From: Candidatus Omnitrophota bacterium
Lineage (GTDB): Bacteria > Omnitrophota > Gorgyraeia > Zapsychrales > Fredricksoniimonadaceae
NCBI GenBank assembly: GCA_903908245.1
Contig: CAIVRE010000030.1
Coordinates: 11,857-75,856, forward strand
DNA length: 64,000 nt
Reading direction: 5' to 3'
A model generated the notes under the pieces. It was not told the origin of the DNA. It saw nothing but the letters and a program-made list of their open reading frames with translations, and made no database searches. Position numbers and translations under genes: made by a program. How positions within the stretch are numbered: the first letter of the stretch is position 1; every line of letters starts with the position of its first letter. Shown here in pieces: positions 8,829 through 17,434 of the stretch.

Positions 8829-10173
8829 GAACAGGGTCCTTTGTGTTGATGTCCAGTTCTACGGCTTCTTGCGATCCCTCCAGCCGCCTGATGAGATCGG
8901 ACGACTGAAATTTCTGATCATCCAACCATCGCTTGATCATAAGAGATATTTGCAGGAAATACTGCCTCAGATACGGATGCTCTTTCTGAAGCAACCCGGG
9001 CCAATCCGGATGCGACCCAAGCATATCCAACAGCTTTTCAAGCAAAACCTCGTCATTGACCTTATAAATAGAGAACAAAAGATGTTTATAAAGCAATCGT
9101 TGGAATCTGGCCCCGCCGAACCTGTCGACGATACAGCGGTTAAGCGCCAGCATCAAGGCAAAGAAGTTCAGGGAAAAACTTTCTTTCGGATAAAGCAGGC
9201 TGGGCATCCCTTCCCGCTCCCCGGCATAATGATAACAGAAAGCCAGGTCCGTCAATGCCAGCCAGGACGACACCTTCGGTGCACTCTTCGCTCCGTTGAT
9301 GCCCGTATCCCGAAAGATAAAATGCTCCAGGTCCCTCAAAGAATGATGAATGGCCAGAAAGAAATCCAGATATAACAACCCATCCCGGCGAAACGCCAGG
9401 TCCTCCTCAAGATAACGATTGGCCAGGCCTACATTCTCTTTCATTTTAGCGGAAAAACCGCCAGAATCGGCAAAGAACTGCTGCTCATAATAATATTCCC
9501 GCCGCCAGTTCCAATATGTATTGAACAGCGAAAAAATATCGTCTTCTTTCCAGTGATGCACGACCGCGCCGGATTCATACGCCAGCGCCTTTCCCGACCT
9601 CACCAGCCGGCGGCTTAAATCCACATCCTCGTAATTACTCCGAAACGCTTCATCATAAGCCCCCGCGCCAAGAACGGCCTCCCGGCGAAACACCGCATTG
9701 GCGCCAAAAAGAAAATCAGGCTTTTGATCCTCCGGCCCCCAGGATTGCTTCATATGGACCGAACGCCAAAGGTCGAACACGGACAATATCTTGTCTTCCA
9801 CCAAATTCCCGCCCGCACCGCATATCCCGGGATCGTCAAACCTTTGCATTAAACGCGAAAGCCAATCGCGATCCGCAATGCAATCCGCATCCAGCGACCC
9901 GACAAACTCTGTATCCATGTTCTTCAAAGCCGTATTCCTGGCGGCGGCAAGACCCCTGTTGGATCCATGGCGCAACAACCGGACACGGTAAGACAACGCG
10001 ATCGCAACGGTCCTGTCTGTTGAACCATCATCCACCACCACCACTTCGGCCAGAGGATGATCCTGCCTGAAAACAGCGTCCAGGCAGGCCGCAATGGTCT
10101 TTTCAGCATTAAAACACGGGATATAAAGGCTGACCTGTTTCACTGGCATTAATACCTTATATCTGCCGGGCAA
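8818..10173 (-). CDS. family 2 glycosyltransferase with ~200-aa C-terminal extension
   Basis: LYIPCFNAEKTIAACLDAVFRQDHPLAEVVVVDDGSTDRT; real start may be the internal MPVKQ. Confidence 0.8.
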   Translation of the reverse strand: MPGRYKVLMPVKQVSLYIPCFNAEKTIAACLDAVFRQDHPLAEVVVVDDGSTDRTVAIALSYRVRLLRHGSNRGLAAARNTALKNMDTEFVGSLDADCIADRDWLSRLMQRFDDPGICGAGGNLVEDKILSVFDLWRSVHMKQSWGPEDQKPDFLFGANAVFRREAVLGAGAYDEAFRSNYEDVDLSRRLVRSGKALAYESGAVVHHWKEDDIFSLFNTYWNWRREYYYEQQFFADSGGFSAKMKENVGLANRYLEEDLAFRRDGLLYLDFFLAIHHSLRDLEHFIFRDTGINGAKSAPKVSSWLALTDLAFCYHYAGEREGMPSLLYPKESFSLNFFALMLALNRCIVDRFGGARFQRLLYKHLLFSIYKVNDEVLLEKLLDMLGSHPDWPGLLQKEHPYLRQYFLQISLMIKRWLDDQKFQSSDLIRRLEGSQEAVELDINTKDPVHEN

Positions 10174-10214
10174 TAGGTTTCTTTCAAGATAATTCCCCCT
10201 TCAGAATGGACCAT

Positions 10215-11865
10215 TCAATTCTGCGATTGATCTAAAATAAAATTCCCCAGCACCAAATAATCCATCGCGCTCTTTTTAAAACTTGAAATAGCATCCTCGG
10301 GCGTACACACAACTGGCTCACCCCTCAAATTAAATGACGTATTAAGGATGACCGGCACCCCGGTTATTGATTCAAAAGCCTTGATAAGGCGCCAAAGTTT
10401 TGGATTTACGCCCTGACTGACCGTTTGAACACGCGCCGTTCCGTCGACATGCACAGCGCCGGGGATCGCATCTTTCTTTTCAGGCCTGACCCTGGGCGCC
10501 AGCAACATGAACGGCGATGCCCCCGACAACTCAAAAAAATCCCGGGCACGCTCCTCCAGGACCATCGGAGCATACGGGCGAAAAGGCTCCCTTTTCTTGA
10601 CTTTATTGTTCAAGAATTCCTTCATATGCGGATCACATGGATTGCCCAGGATAGACCTGCCGCCCAAGGCCCTCGGCCCGAATTCCATCTTTCCCTGGAA
10701 CCATCCCACGACCTTATTCTCCGCTATCTTCCGGGCGACAAACCCGGACAGCTCATCATCCCCCAACTCGCTAAAGATCATATTATGATTTACCAGGACC
10801 CTTTTGATCTGCTCATCGGCATAGCCCGGCCCTAAATACGCATGCCGCAGCCCCCAAAGCCCCTCCGCTATCCCCGGCCGCAGGTTGAATAAAAACCTCC
10901 TTAAAAAGGCCCTGCTCCAGGATCTTGCTGTTAGCGACGCAATTCAAGAACAATCCGCCGCCAAGGCACAATTTGTCAAGCTTCGTCTCATCATGAAGAT
11001 GCCGCGTGATCGTCAACAGGGTTTCTTCAACAAACTTTTGCAAACTGGCCGCGATATCACAATGCCGCTCATCGATCGGCGTTTCAGGCATTCGATCACT
11101 GCCGAACATTCTTAAAAACCGCCGGCTGTACATCCTGTCACCATGATTAAACCCGAAAAATCTTTCATCGATCCTGTAACTTCCGTCCGCGCTGACCTTA
11201 ACGATCTCTTTGAATCGATCCAAATACCTGGGCTTGCCACAACCGGCCAAAGCCATGACCGTCCCCTCCCCCTCATGCGCGGCAAATCCCAAATAAGTGG
11301 TCACAGCTGTATACAACAACCCCAGGGAATGAGGATACCGGATCTCCCTGCGGATCTGGATATCCCGCCCTTGACCACGGCCATACGTCATGGTCGCCCA
11401 TTCTCCAACAGCATCACCCGTCAAAATAGCCGCCTCATCAAACGGAGAAACCAGAAAAGAACCCGCCGCATGCGATAAATGATGCTTGATAAAAAAACAC
11501 TTCCCTTTAAACCCGATCTCCTTTTCCAATATCAACGGAAGGACCAGCCTGTCTTGCAGCCAATAAGGCACGGCCTGAAGAAAATTCCTTAACGAGAACG
11601 GGTAGGCCCGCAGGTGTTCAATGATGACCCGTGAAAACTTCAGGAACGGCTTCTCATAAAAACCCACATAATCGATCCCGGCAAACGTGATCCCGCCTTC
11701 CTGGATACAACAATTGATCGCATTAATGGGAAATTCCGATGTGTTCTTCCTGCGGGTAAATCGTTCTTCCTGAACAGCCGCCACAACTTCGCCGTCCCTG
11801 ATCAGGCACGCCGCAGCGTCATGATAATAACACGATATCCCTAAAATATTCATACCCGGCACCAA
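10215..11865 (-). pseudogene. NodU/CmcH-family O-carbamoyltransferase split by a frameshift near 10820-10860 (ORFs 10813-11865 and 10215-10781)
   Basis: N-terminal ORF MNILGISCYYHDAAACL...AGDSGGALGAAA; C-terminal part (KVVGWFQGKMEFGPRALGGRSILG...HVDGTARVQTV) in another frame. The C-terminal frame stays open upstream (AYLGPGYADEQIKRVL) across the N-terminal ORF's stop; the site is next to a C5/G5 homopolymer. Confidence 0.7.
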
Positions 11866-11888
11866 ACCTTGTCACATTATTATTACGT

Positions 11889-12050
11889 TCAGATCCCGGC
11901 ATAAATAAATGTTGTCACAATAGCAGGGCCGACATAATACGCCGCAAAAACAAGCAAGGACAACACAATAAAGATCGGAAGCAAAAAAGCCAATTTATGC
12001 TTCTTGATCAAATAAGACATTTCCTGAAAGACATACCGCACTTTATTCAT
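11889..12050 (-). CDS. 53-aa membrane mini-protein, DUF5989/SxtK-like (not in ORF track, <60 aa)
   Basis: Manual translation: MNKVRYVFQEMSYLIKKHKLAFLLPIFIVLSLLVFAAYYVGPAIVTTFIYAGI. I recall this pattern (basic patch, TM helix, ...PFIYT..) as the DUF5989/SxtK small proteins that accompany carbamoyltransferase genes. Confidence 0.55.
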   Translation of the reverse strand: MNKVRYVFQEMSYLIKKHKLAFLLPIFIVLSLLVFAAYYVGPAIVTTFIYAGI

Positions 12051-12068
12051 CACCACCCCCTCGATCGG

Positions 12069-12299
12069 TCATGCCTGCCGCAAATGGTCATCCCGACCTG
12101 CTTCATACCCCGACGCGTCACGCCAACACGTGTTCTTCACTTCACATTTCTCTGAAAAAAAACTGCGTTTAAAGATCCTTAAGAATAAAGACGTCAGACC
12201 GAATCCAATAACATATAAGATGGCCAGGACCATAGTGATCAGGATCCTTTGCAGCACTTCCATTAAAGCCTGTATTATCTTTTGAACGCGCTTCAACAT
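12069..12299 (-). CDS. small membrane protein, possibly a short SxtJ-like protein
   Basis: 76-aa ORF with a TM helix (ITMVLAILYVIGFGLTSLFLRIF), between the amidotransferase and the DUF5989-like ORF. Assignment by position and loose motif resemblance only. Confidence 0.4.
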   Translation of the reverse strand: MLKRVQKIIQALMEVLQRILITMVLAILYVIGFGLTSLFLRIFKRSFFSEKCEVKNTCWRDASGYEAGRDDHLRQA

Positions 12300-12305
12300 G
12301 GCCTT

Positions 12306-13385
12306 TTACGCCCCCTCATCCTGCTCCAACTTTTGCATCACACGTTTCAAAAGATCCTGGCCAAAATTGATCTCCAGAAGTTTTAACGCCTCCGACCGTG
12401 ACAATAATGATCCCCGGATCATTTTGCTCATTTCCACATGATAATGAGTATACCCAAAGTCCTTCATCGAGCGATAAACCGAGAGAAAATTCAAATAACA
12501 ATTGGTCGATGATCCAGGATAACTGAACCGCGGGAACTTCCAATTTAATTCCTTTTTCAATATTTCAACATAAACAGCGGGATCCATAGGCAAGAACCAG
12601 TGAGGTGAAACGACCGTGGCTTTATGGCGTTTCTTCGCGATATTCAAGACCTCTTCCATACTCCGGGGGAAATCCTTATATTTCAGGTTTTGCCGGGTAT
12701 ACCGGTCCAGGAACTCCCGGGTCGCTTTCGACATTGAAACAAATTCTGCCTGACGGGTATTACAACCGCAACGCGACGCCAACGGCTGGTGCATCACCTG
12801 TCCCTTGGTCCATCCTGCAACGATCATCGGAATATCAAAACGCGCCGCCATTTCAAAAGTAAGCCCCATATACCATATGGAACACGGATGACACAAAACA
12901 GCCTTATCGCCGCCCTTAACGATCGCGGCAAACATCTCTTTCATGAAATCCGACTTAAAAAGCAGGAGATCAACCCCCAATATCCGAACGGCATTGTGAA
13001 TATTCTCCAAAGCATCTTCTGTTTCAAAGCCATGGTCGAACGTGAACGCCAAAGGATTAAGCTTATAGCGCTTTTTCATATAATAAAGCGCCGCCGTACT
13101 GTCTTTCCCGCCGCTGCACATGACCAGGCAGTCATACCGCCCCCTGCTTTTATTCTGATCCAATATCTTGACAAAGTCACTTTCCAGAAATTTCACCGGC
13201 GGGTTGGCATCTTTTTGTTTGTCAAACTCATGACAAATATTACAAACACCGCTGCTGTCCAGCCAGATATCGGGCCTGCTTTCAGGCAGGACACACCGCT
13301 GGCAAAGGCTCCTCGGCTCCAACGCTATTTTTGTACCCGCAGAATCCATTGCTTTCCCCGCTGTTCGCTGGCGATAACCCGGCAC
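12306..13385 (-). CDS. N-acetyl sugar amidotransferase (PP-loop ATP pyrophosphatase, WbpG/PseA-like)
   Basis: N-terminal Zn-ribbon (CQRCVLPE...CNICHEF) and SGGKDS PP-loop. Confidence 0.75.
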   Translation of the reverse strand: MPGYRQRTAGKAMDSAGTKIALEPRSLCQRCVLPESRPDIWLDSSGVCNICHEFDKQKDANPPVKFLESDFVKILDQNKSRGRYDCLVMCSGGKDSTAALYYMKKRYKLNPLAFTFDHGFETEDALENIHNAVRILGVDLLLFKSDFMKEMFAAIVKGGDKAVLCHPCSIWYMGLTFEMAARFDIPMIVAGWTKGQVMHQPLASRCGCNTRQAEFVSMSKATREFLDRYTRQNLKYKDFPRSMEEVLNIAKKRHKATVVSPHWFLPMDPAVYVEILKKELNWKFPRFSYPGSSTNCYLNFLSVYRSMKDFGYTHYHVEMSKMIRGSLLSRSEALKLLEINFGQDLLKRVMQKLEQDEGA

Positions 13386-13440
13386 CCCTCAAGAAGAATA
13401 GAAAAAACAAATCCTTGCCGCCAGAACAGGCATTTATGCC

Positions 13441-14844
13441 TTATGTTTGCCGGACAACAGAATATTCTTTATTGCCCTTCTGATCGATCTCTTCGAGCAT
13501 CTTCAAACGCCTGTTGCGCACTTCAATGGTGTTCTGCCCGTCAAGCGAACGCCACAACCCGAGATGATACCCGTCAAGCACGATCCCGAATTCCTCTTTA
13601 TGCTTTTCCAGATAAGAGAACTGATTGATCGTGAGCGTGCTGAAGGTGTTGCGCTTGATCTGCCCGGCGTACCTGGCGATGAACGCCGCCGTCTGCATGA
13701 AATCGTCATCATTCTCGCCGGGAAAACCGACGACCCAATTGACCACGATATCGATCCCGGCCTCACGGCATAAACCGATGAACCTCTCTGCTTCCTCGAT
13801 CGTAAACCCCTTGCGCATCAGGCCCAAAACCTTGTTCGAGGCGCTTTCTATCCCCAGATTAAAATATCGGCATCCGGCTTGCCGGATCTTCTTGAGGACC
13901 TCGATGTCGATCCTTTTATCTATCCTGAAATTACCGCCCCACGCAACATTAAGCCGACGCTTGACCATCAGGTCACACAGCCGAAGCAAATTGGGCAGAT
14001 TGCCGTTGATCAGCGAATCATTGAATGCAAATGAAGTATTGCGATACTTCCGTTTAATGAGCTCCATCTCTTTAATGATATTCCCGGCGCTCCTGAACCG
14101 GTACGGGCTCCAGAATTTCGTATCCGTGCAGAAAACACACTGCATGACACACCCCCGGCTGGTAAGAATGGGGAATTCCGTCCAATCGGTATACGCGCTG
14201 AGGTCATAAACACTGAAATCCGGATAAGGCAGGCTGTCAAGGTCCATGATCGCCGGCGCAAGACCGTTAAAGACCCATTTGTCCCCCCGGGGAAGAAGAA
14301 CGCCCTCGCAGCCTTCCAGGGATTTTTTGGCTTTAAGCCGCGCGAGCACATTGACCAGGGTCCTCTCTCCTTCTCCGACAATGACGATATCCGCGAACGC
14401 CTGCAGGCCATACGGCAATATCCAGTCGGCGTCATTCCCGCTAAGATTGTAGCAATTAGGCCCCCCCAGAAGGATCTTGATGCCCGGACACCGGCTCTTT
14501 ATTCTTTTAACGATATTAAGCGTGAATAACGCCGACGTGTTCTGGACGGAAAACCCGATGATGTCAGGACGGACCGCCAGGATATGCCCGATACACTTGT
14601 CATAAGTGGCTTCATTGATGAAAGGCAGCTGATAAAAACTGTCCTCCAGGTACCAGCGATACCCGTTATTACTGTCCCAACAGATCTTCTGGTCATCCGC
14701 CGCCTGTTTGTAGAGCATAATGCTCAGGTCGATGACATGCGCGCGATACCCCGCCTTCTTAAGCGTTGAATAAAGATACGCCAGGGCCAAAGGCGGCATT
14801 CCGACACCGAAAGAACAAGGGGCTTGAACCAGCGCAATTTTCAT
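13441..14844 (-). CDS. B12-binding-domain radical SAM protein
   Basis: MKIALVQAPCSFGVGMPPLALAYLYS (B12-binding fold), then TSRGCVMQCVFC. Start set at MKIALV, where ATG overlaps the upstream TGA (ATGA). Confidence 0.8.
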   Translation of the reverse strand: MKIALVQAPCSFGVGMPPLALAYLYSTLKKAGYRAHVIDLSIMLYKQAADDQKICWDSNNGYRWYLEDSFYQLPFINEATYDKCIGHILAVRPDIIGFSVQNTSALFTLNIVKRIKSRCPGIKILLGGPNCYNLSGNDADWILPYGLQAFADIVIVGEGERTLVNVLARLKAKKSLEGCEGVLLPRGDKWVFNGLAPAIMDLDSLPYPDFSVYDLSAYTDWTEFPILTSRGCVMQCVFCTDTKFWSPYRFRSAGNIIKEMELIKRKYRNTSFAFNDSLINGNLPNLLRLCDLMVKRRLNVAWGGNFRIDKRIDIEVLKKIRQAGCRYFNLGIESASNKVLGLMRKGFTIEEAERFIGLCREAGIDIVVNWVVGFPGENDDDFMQTAAFIARYAGQIKRNTFSTLTINQFSYLEKHKEEFGIVLDGYHLGLWRSLDGQNTIEVRNRRLKMLEEIDQKGNKEYSVVRQT

Positions 14845-16262
14845 CAGGACTGGACCTCGCATTGATAATGGCCATGCAACTCTCTGGCCAGGGCCCGGAA
14901 CCGCTGCAACCGGCCCTGCCTTATCTCCGGCGTGCTGACGGGGCTGCACCAGCCGTGATCTTCACGGATAATGCCGTATTTTTCAAGATTTCGCCCCAGA
15001 AAAGAATTTTCCTCGATATGACATCCCGTGACCTGGTCGAAACGGTGAATAAAGCGCGCATTCTGCCGGATAAAATCCAGGGTCATCTCGAAATCCTCTT
15101 CCGTTTCCGTCGGGTACCCGATGAGAAAGAAACAATTCGCTTCGATCCCCGCCAGAGACGTTTCCCGGATGATCCTTCTGGCATCATCCAGGTCCATATT
15201 CTTGCGCATATCCGAAAGAACACGCGGAGAACCGCTCTCAACACCATACGCCAGGCTGCCGCATCCGGCGGCCCGCATTTTTGTCAATAACCCGAGGCCC
15301 ATCCCCGGATGAAATGCGACTTTCGCGGACCATTGGATCTTAAGGCCGGACCCTGTGATAAGATCGCATATCTCTTCCACCCGCCGGATATCCCCGTTAA
15401 AAAGCGAATCCGCGAACTCGAATTCAGTGATCTCATATGTCTGGACCAGGGCTTTAAGGTCATTCACGACTTTGAGCGCAGAGCATGCGCGGTATGTTTT
15501 CCAGAGAGGGCTATCCGCGCAAAAAGTGCACCGGTTCACACAGCCCCGGCTTGAAACCACAGGCAATGACTTGCGGACATAACGGCCGACCTCAAAATCG
15601 CTGTAGTCCGGAACACCCAGCGCATCGAGGTCCCTGATCATGGCCCTGGGCTTGTTCTCCACCATCACCCCGTCGCGCCGGTATATGATGCCGTCGGCCT
15701 TCTGCCAATCCCCGCCCTGCCGCTTCAACATGACGAGCTCGCGCAACGTTTCCTCGCCCTCTCCGACAACAAAAATATCAAAGATCCCTCCCACGAATGC
15801 CTCGGACCTGAGGGCAGCGAACCTGGTCATCTTGTCGAGCAGAACCTGCTTAAAGCGCGTCACTTCCGCCCCGCCGGCGATCAGGACCAGGTCCGGCCTT
15901 TTGAGTTTCAAATGTTGCGCCAGGATAATGCTGACATTAAGGCTCGACATGAACAACGAGAACCCGACCATTCCCGGATCGTGGCTCAGGATCCTGTCCG
16001 CCCATTGCTCGATAAACGGTATTAAGGAAGGAACAATATTTTTCTCAAAAAGAGGCAAATCCGTAAAATCATCCGGATGATTCAGGTCCCAGTATTGATT
16101 CTTTGGCATGGCCTTGTAAAGGTCAAAACTGAGGTCGAAACATTTGGCGCGCACGCCGGCCCCGTTCAAATATCCTTTTAAATAACCGAGACCGACAGGA
16201 GGCTGCACAACGCCCCACGCAGGACACATCACCAATGCCAGGTCCGTCTTTTCCATCCTCAA
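14844..16262 (-). CDS. B12-binding-domain radical SAM protein
   Basis: LALVMCPAWGVVQPPVGLGYLKGYL..., SSRGCVNRCTFC. Confidence 0.8.
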   Translation of the reverse strand: MRMEKTDLALVMCPAWGVVQPPVGLGYLKGYLNGAGVRAKCFDLSFDLYKAMPKNQYWDLNHPDDFTDLPLFEKNIVPSLIPFIEQWADRILSHDPGMVGFSLFMSSLNVSIILAQHLKLKRPDLVLIAGGAEVTRFKQVLLDKMTRFAALRSEAFVGGIFDIFVVGEGEETLRELVMLKRQGGDWQKADGIIYRRDGVMVENKPRAMIRDLDALGVPDYSDFEVGRYVRKSLPVVSSRGCVNRCTFCADSPLWKTYRACSALKVVNDLKALVQTYEITEFEFADSLFNGDIRRVEEICDLITGSGLKIQWSAKVAFHPGMGLGLLTKMRAAGCGSLAYGVESGSPRVLSDMRKNMDLDDARRIIRETSLAGIEANCFFLIGYPTETEEDFEMTLDFIRQNARFIHRFDQVTGCHIEENSFLGRNLEKYGIIREDHGWCSPVSTPEIRQGRLQRFRALARELHGHYQCEVQS

Positions 16263-16274
16263 GCCCTTTGCATT

Positions 16275-17393
16275 CTACTTGAACAATTCACTTTTCTGCC
16301 GCTCCGCAACGATCACATCAAAATCATCCCGATAAGAACACCACTGCAGGCAGGGCTTGTCGCACTTGCGGATCAACTTGCGCAAAACTCTCGCCCTGCC
16401 GGAATACCAGAGGCTCCTTAAACTGTCGCGCTTGACATCCCCGAAAGTCGCCTCATGCTCGGGCTGTTTAACGCAAAAATACACCTTCCCCTCCTGGACG
16501 ATCTGAATACGGTTGAACCCCGCGTAACAATTCATCTTTTCGGCCCCGGACCGTCCCCGAAGATACTTCTTGATGGACTCCAGATTCTGAAGGCTGTTCG
16601 CGATAAAATCGAAATTGTCCGCGCTGGACTTCTTGTATTGGATGATCGCGTTGATCGCATTATCCAGGACCTGGAACCTTTCAGGCTTCACGAACACATC
16701 CGAACCGGCGTCCGCCTTTGCCTGGTCCGTGTTATCCCCGACAACAGGCTGGAAGATGATCTTGCCTATCTTCAATTGCCGGCAAAGCTCGATCACCCCC
16801 GTCAATTCCTCCAGGTTCTGGTCCATGATCGTGCATACACAGCAGATCGAAGGGATATTTTCCTTCCGTTGCTCTTTCATTTCATTGATCAAATTGATAT
16901 TGGCAATGATCTTGGCCAGATACTTCTGCCCCCGGATCCTGGCAAAAGACTCCTCGGAAGAGGCATCAATGGAAACGCTCAGGCTGCTCAAACGGGACTT
17001 GAACATTTCCTCCACGAGCTTCTCCGACATAATGGTGCCATTGGTGACCACCGTTATCGATGTGATCCCGCAGCTCACGCCGTAAGCCACCAGCTCGAAC
17101 AACCGCGGCTCCAGGAACGGCTCGCCCCCGATCAGGATCAGGGACCTGACCTTCATGTCCGCGCCCTCTCTAATAAGTTTCTTTATCGTATCAATATCCA
17201 GATCGACCGGACGGTTGAGCGCCTTATTGGACTCCATCCGTTCGTGCATACTGCACATCTTGCATCTCAAATTGCAATTGAACGTAAAGTTGATCTGCAA
17301 GGCATCCGCGGGAACAAGGGGATGATCGATCTTCCGGGAAAGCCAGAACAAGAAATTCCTTACAAGCAATCGAATGAACCTGTTGTTATCCAT
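16275..17393 (-). CDS. radical SAM/SPASM-domain protein
   Basis: FNCNLRCKMC cluster; C-terminal Cys-rich SPASM-like region (CYAGF...FCVKQ...CDKPCLQWCSY). Confidence 0.8.
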   Translation of the reverse strand: MDNNRFIRLLVRNFLFWLSRKIDHPLVPADALQINFTFNCNLRCKMCSMHERMESNKALNRPVDLDIDTIKKLIREGADMKVRSLILIGGEPFLEPRLFELVAYGVSCGITSITVVTNGTIMSEKLVEEMFKSRLSSLSVSIDASSEESFARIRGQKYLAKIIANINLINEMKEQRKENIPSICCVCTIMDQNLEELTGVIELCRQLKIGKIIFQPVVGDNTDQAKADAGSDVFVKPERFQVLDNAINAIIQYKKSSADNFDFIANSLQNLESIKKYLRGRSGAEKMNCYAGFNRIQIVQEGKVYFCVKQPEHEATFGDVKRDSLRSLWYSGRARVLRKLIRKCDKPCLQWCSYRDDFDVIVAERQKSELFK

Positions 17394-17434
17394 TTGTCCT
17401 TTCCAAATATTTCAGGCTTTTCCCGCCTGTCGTA

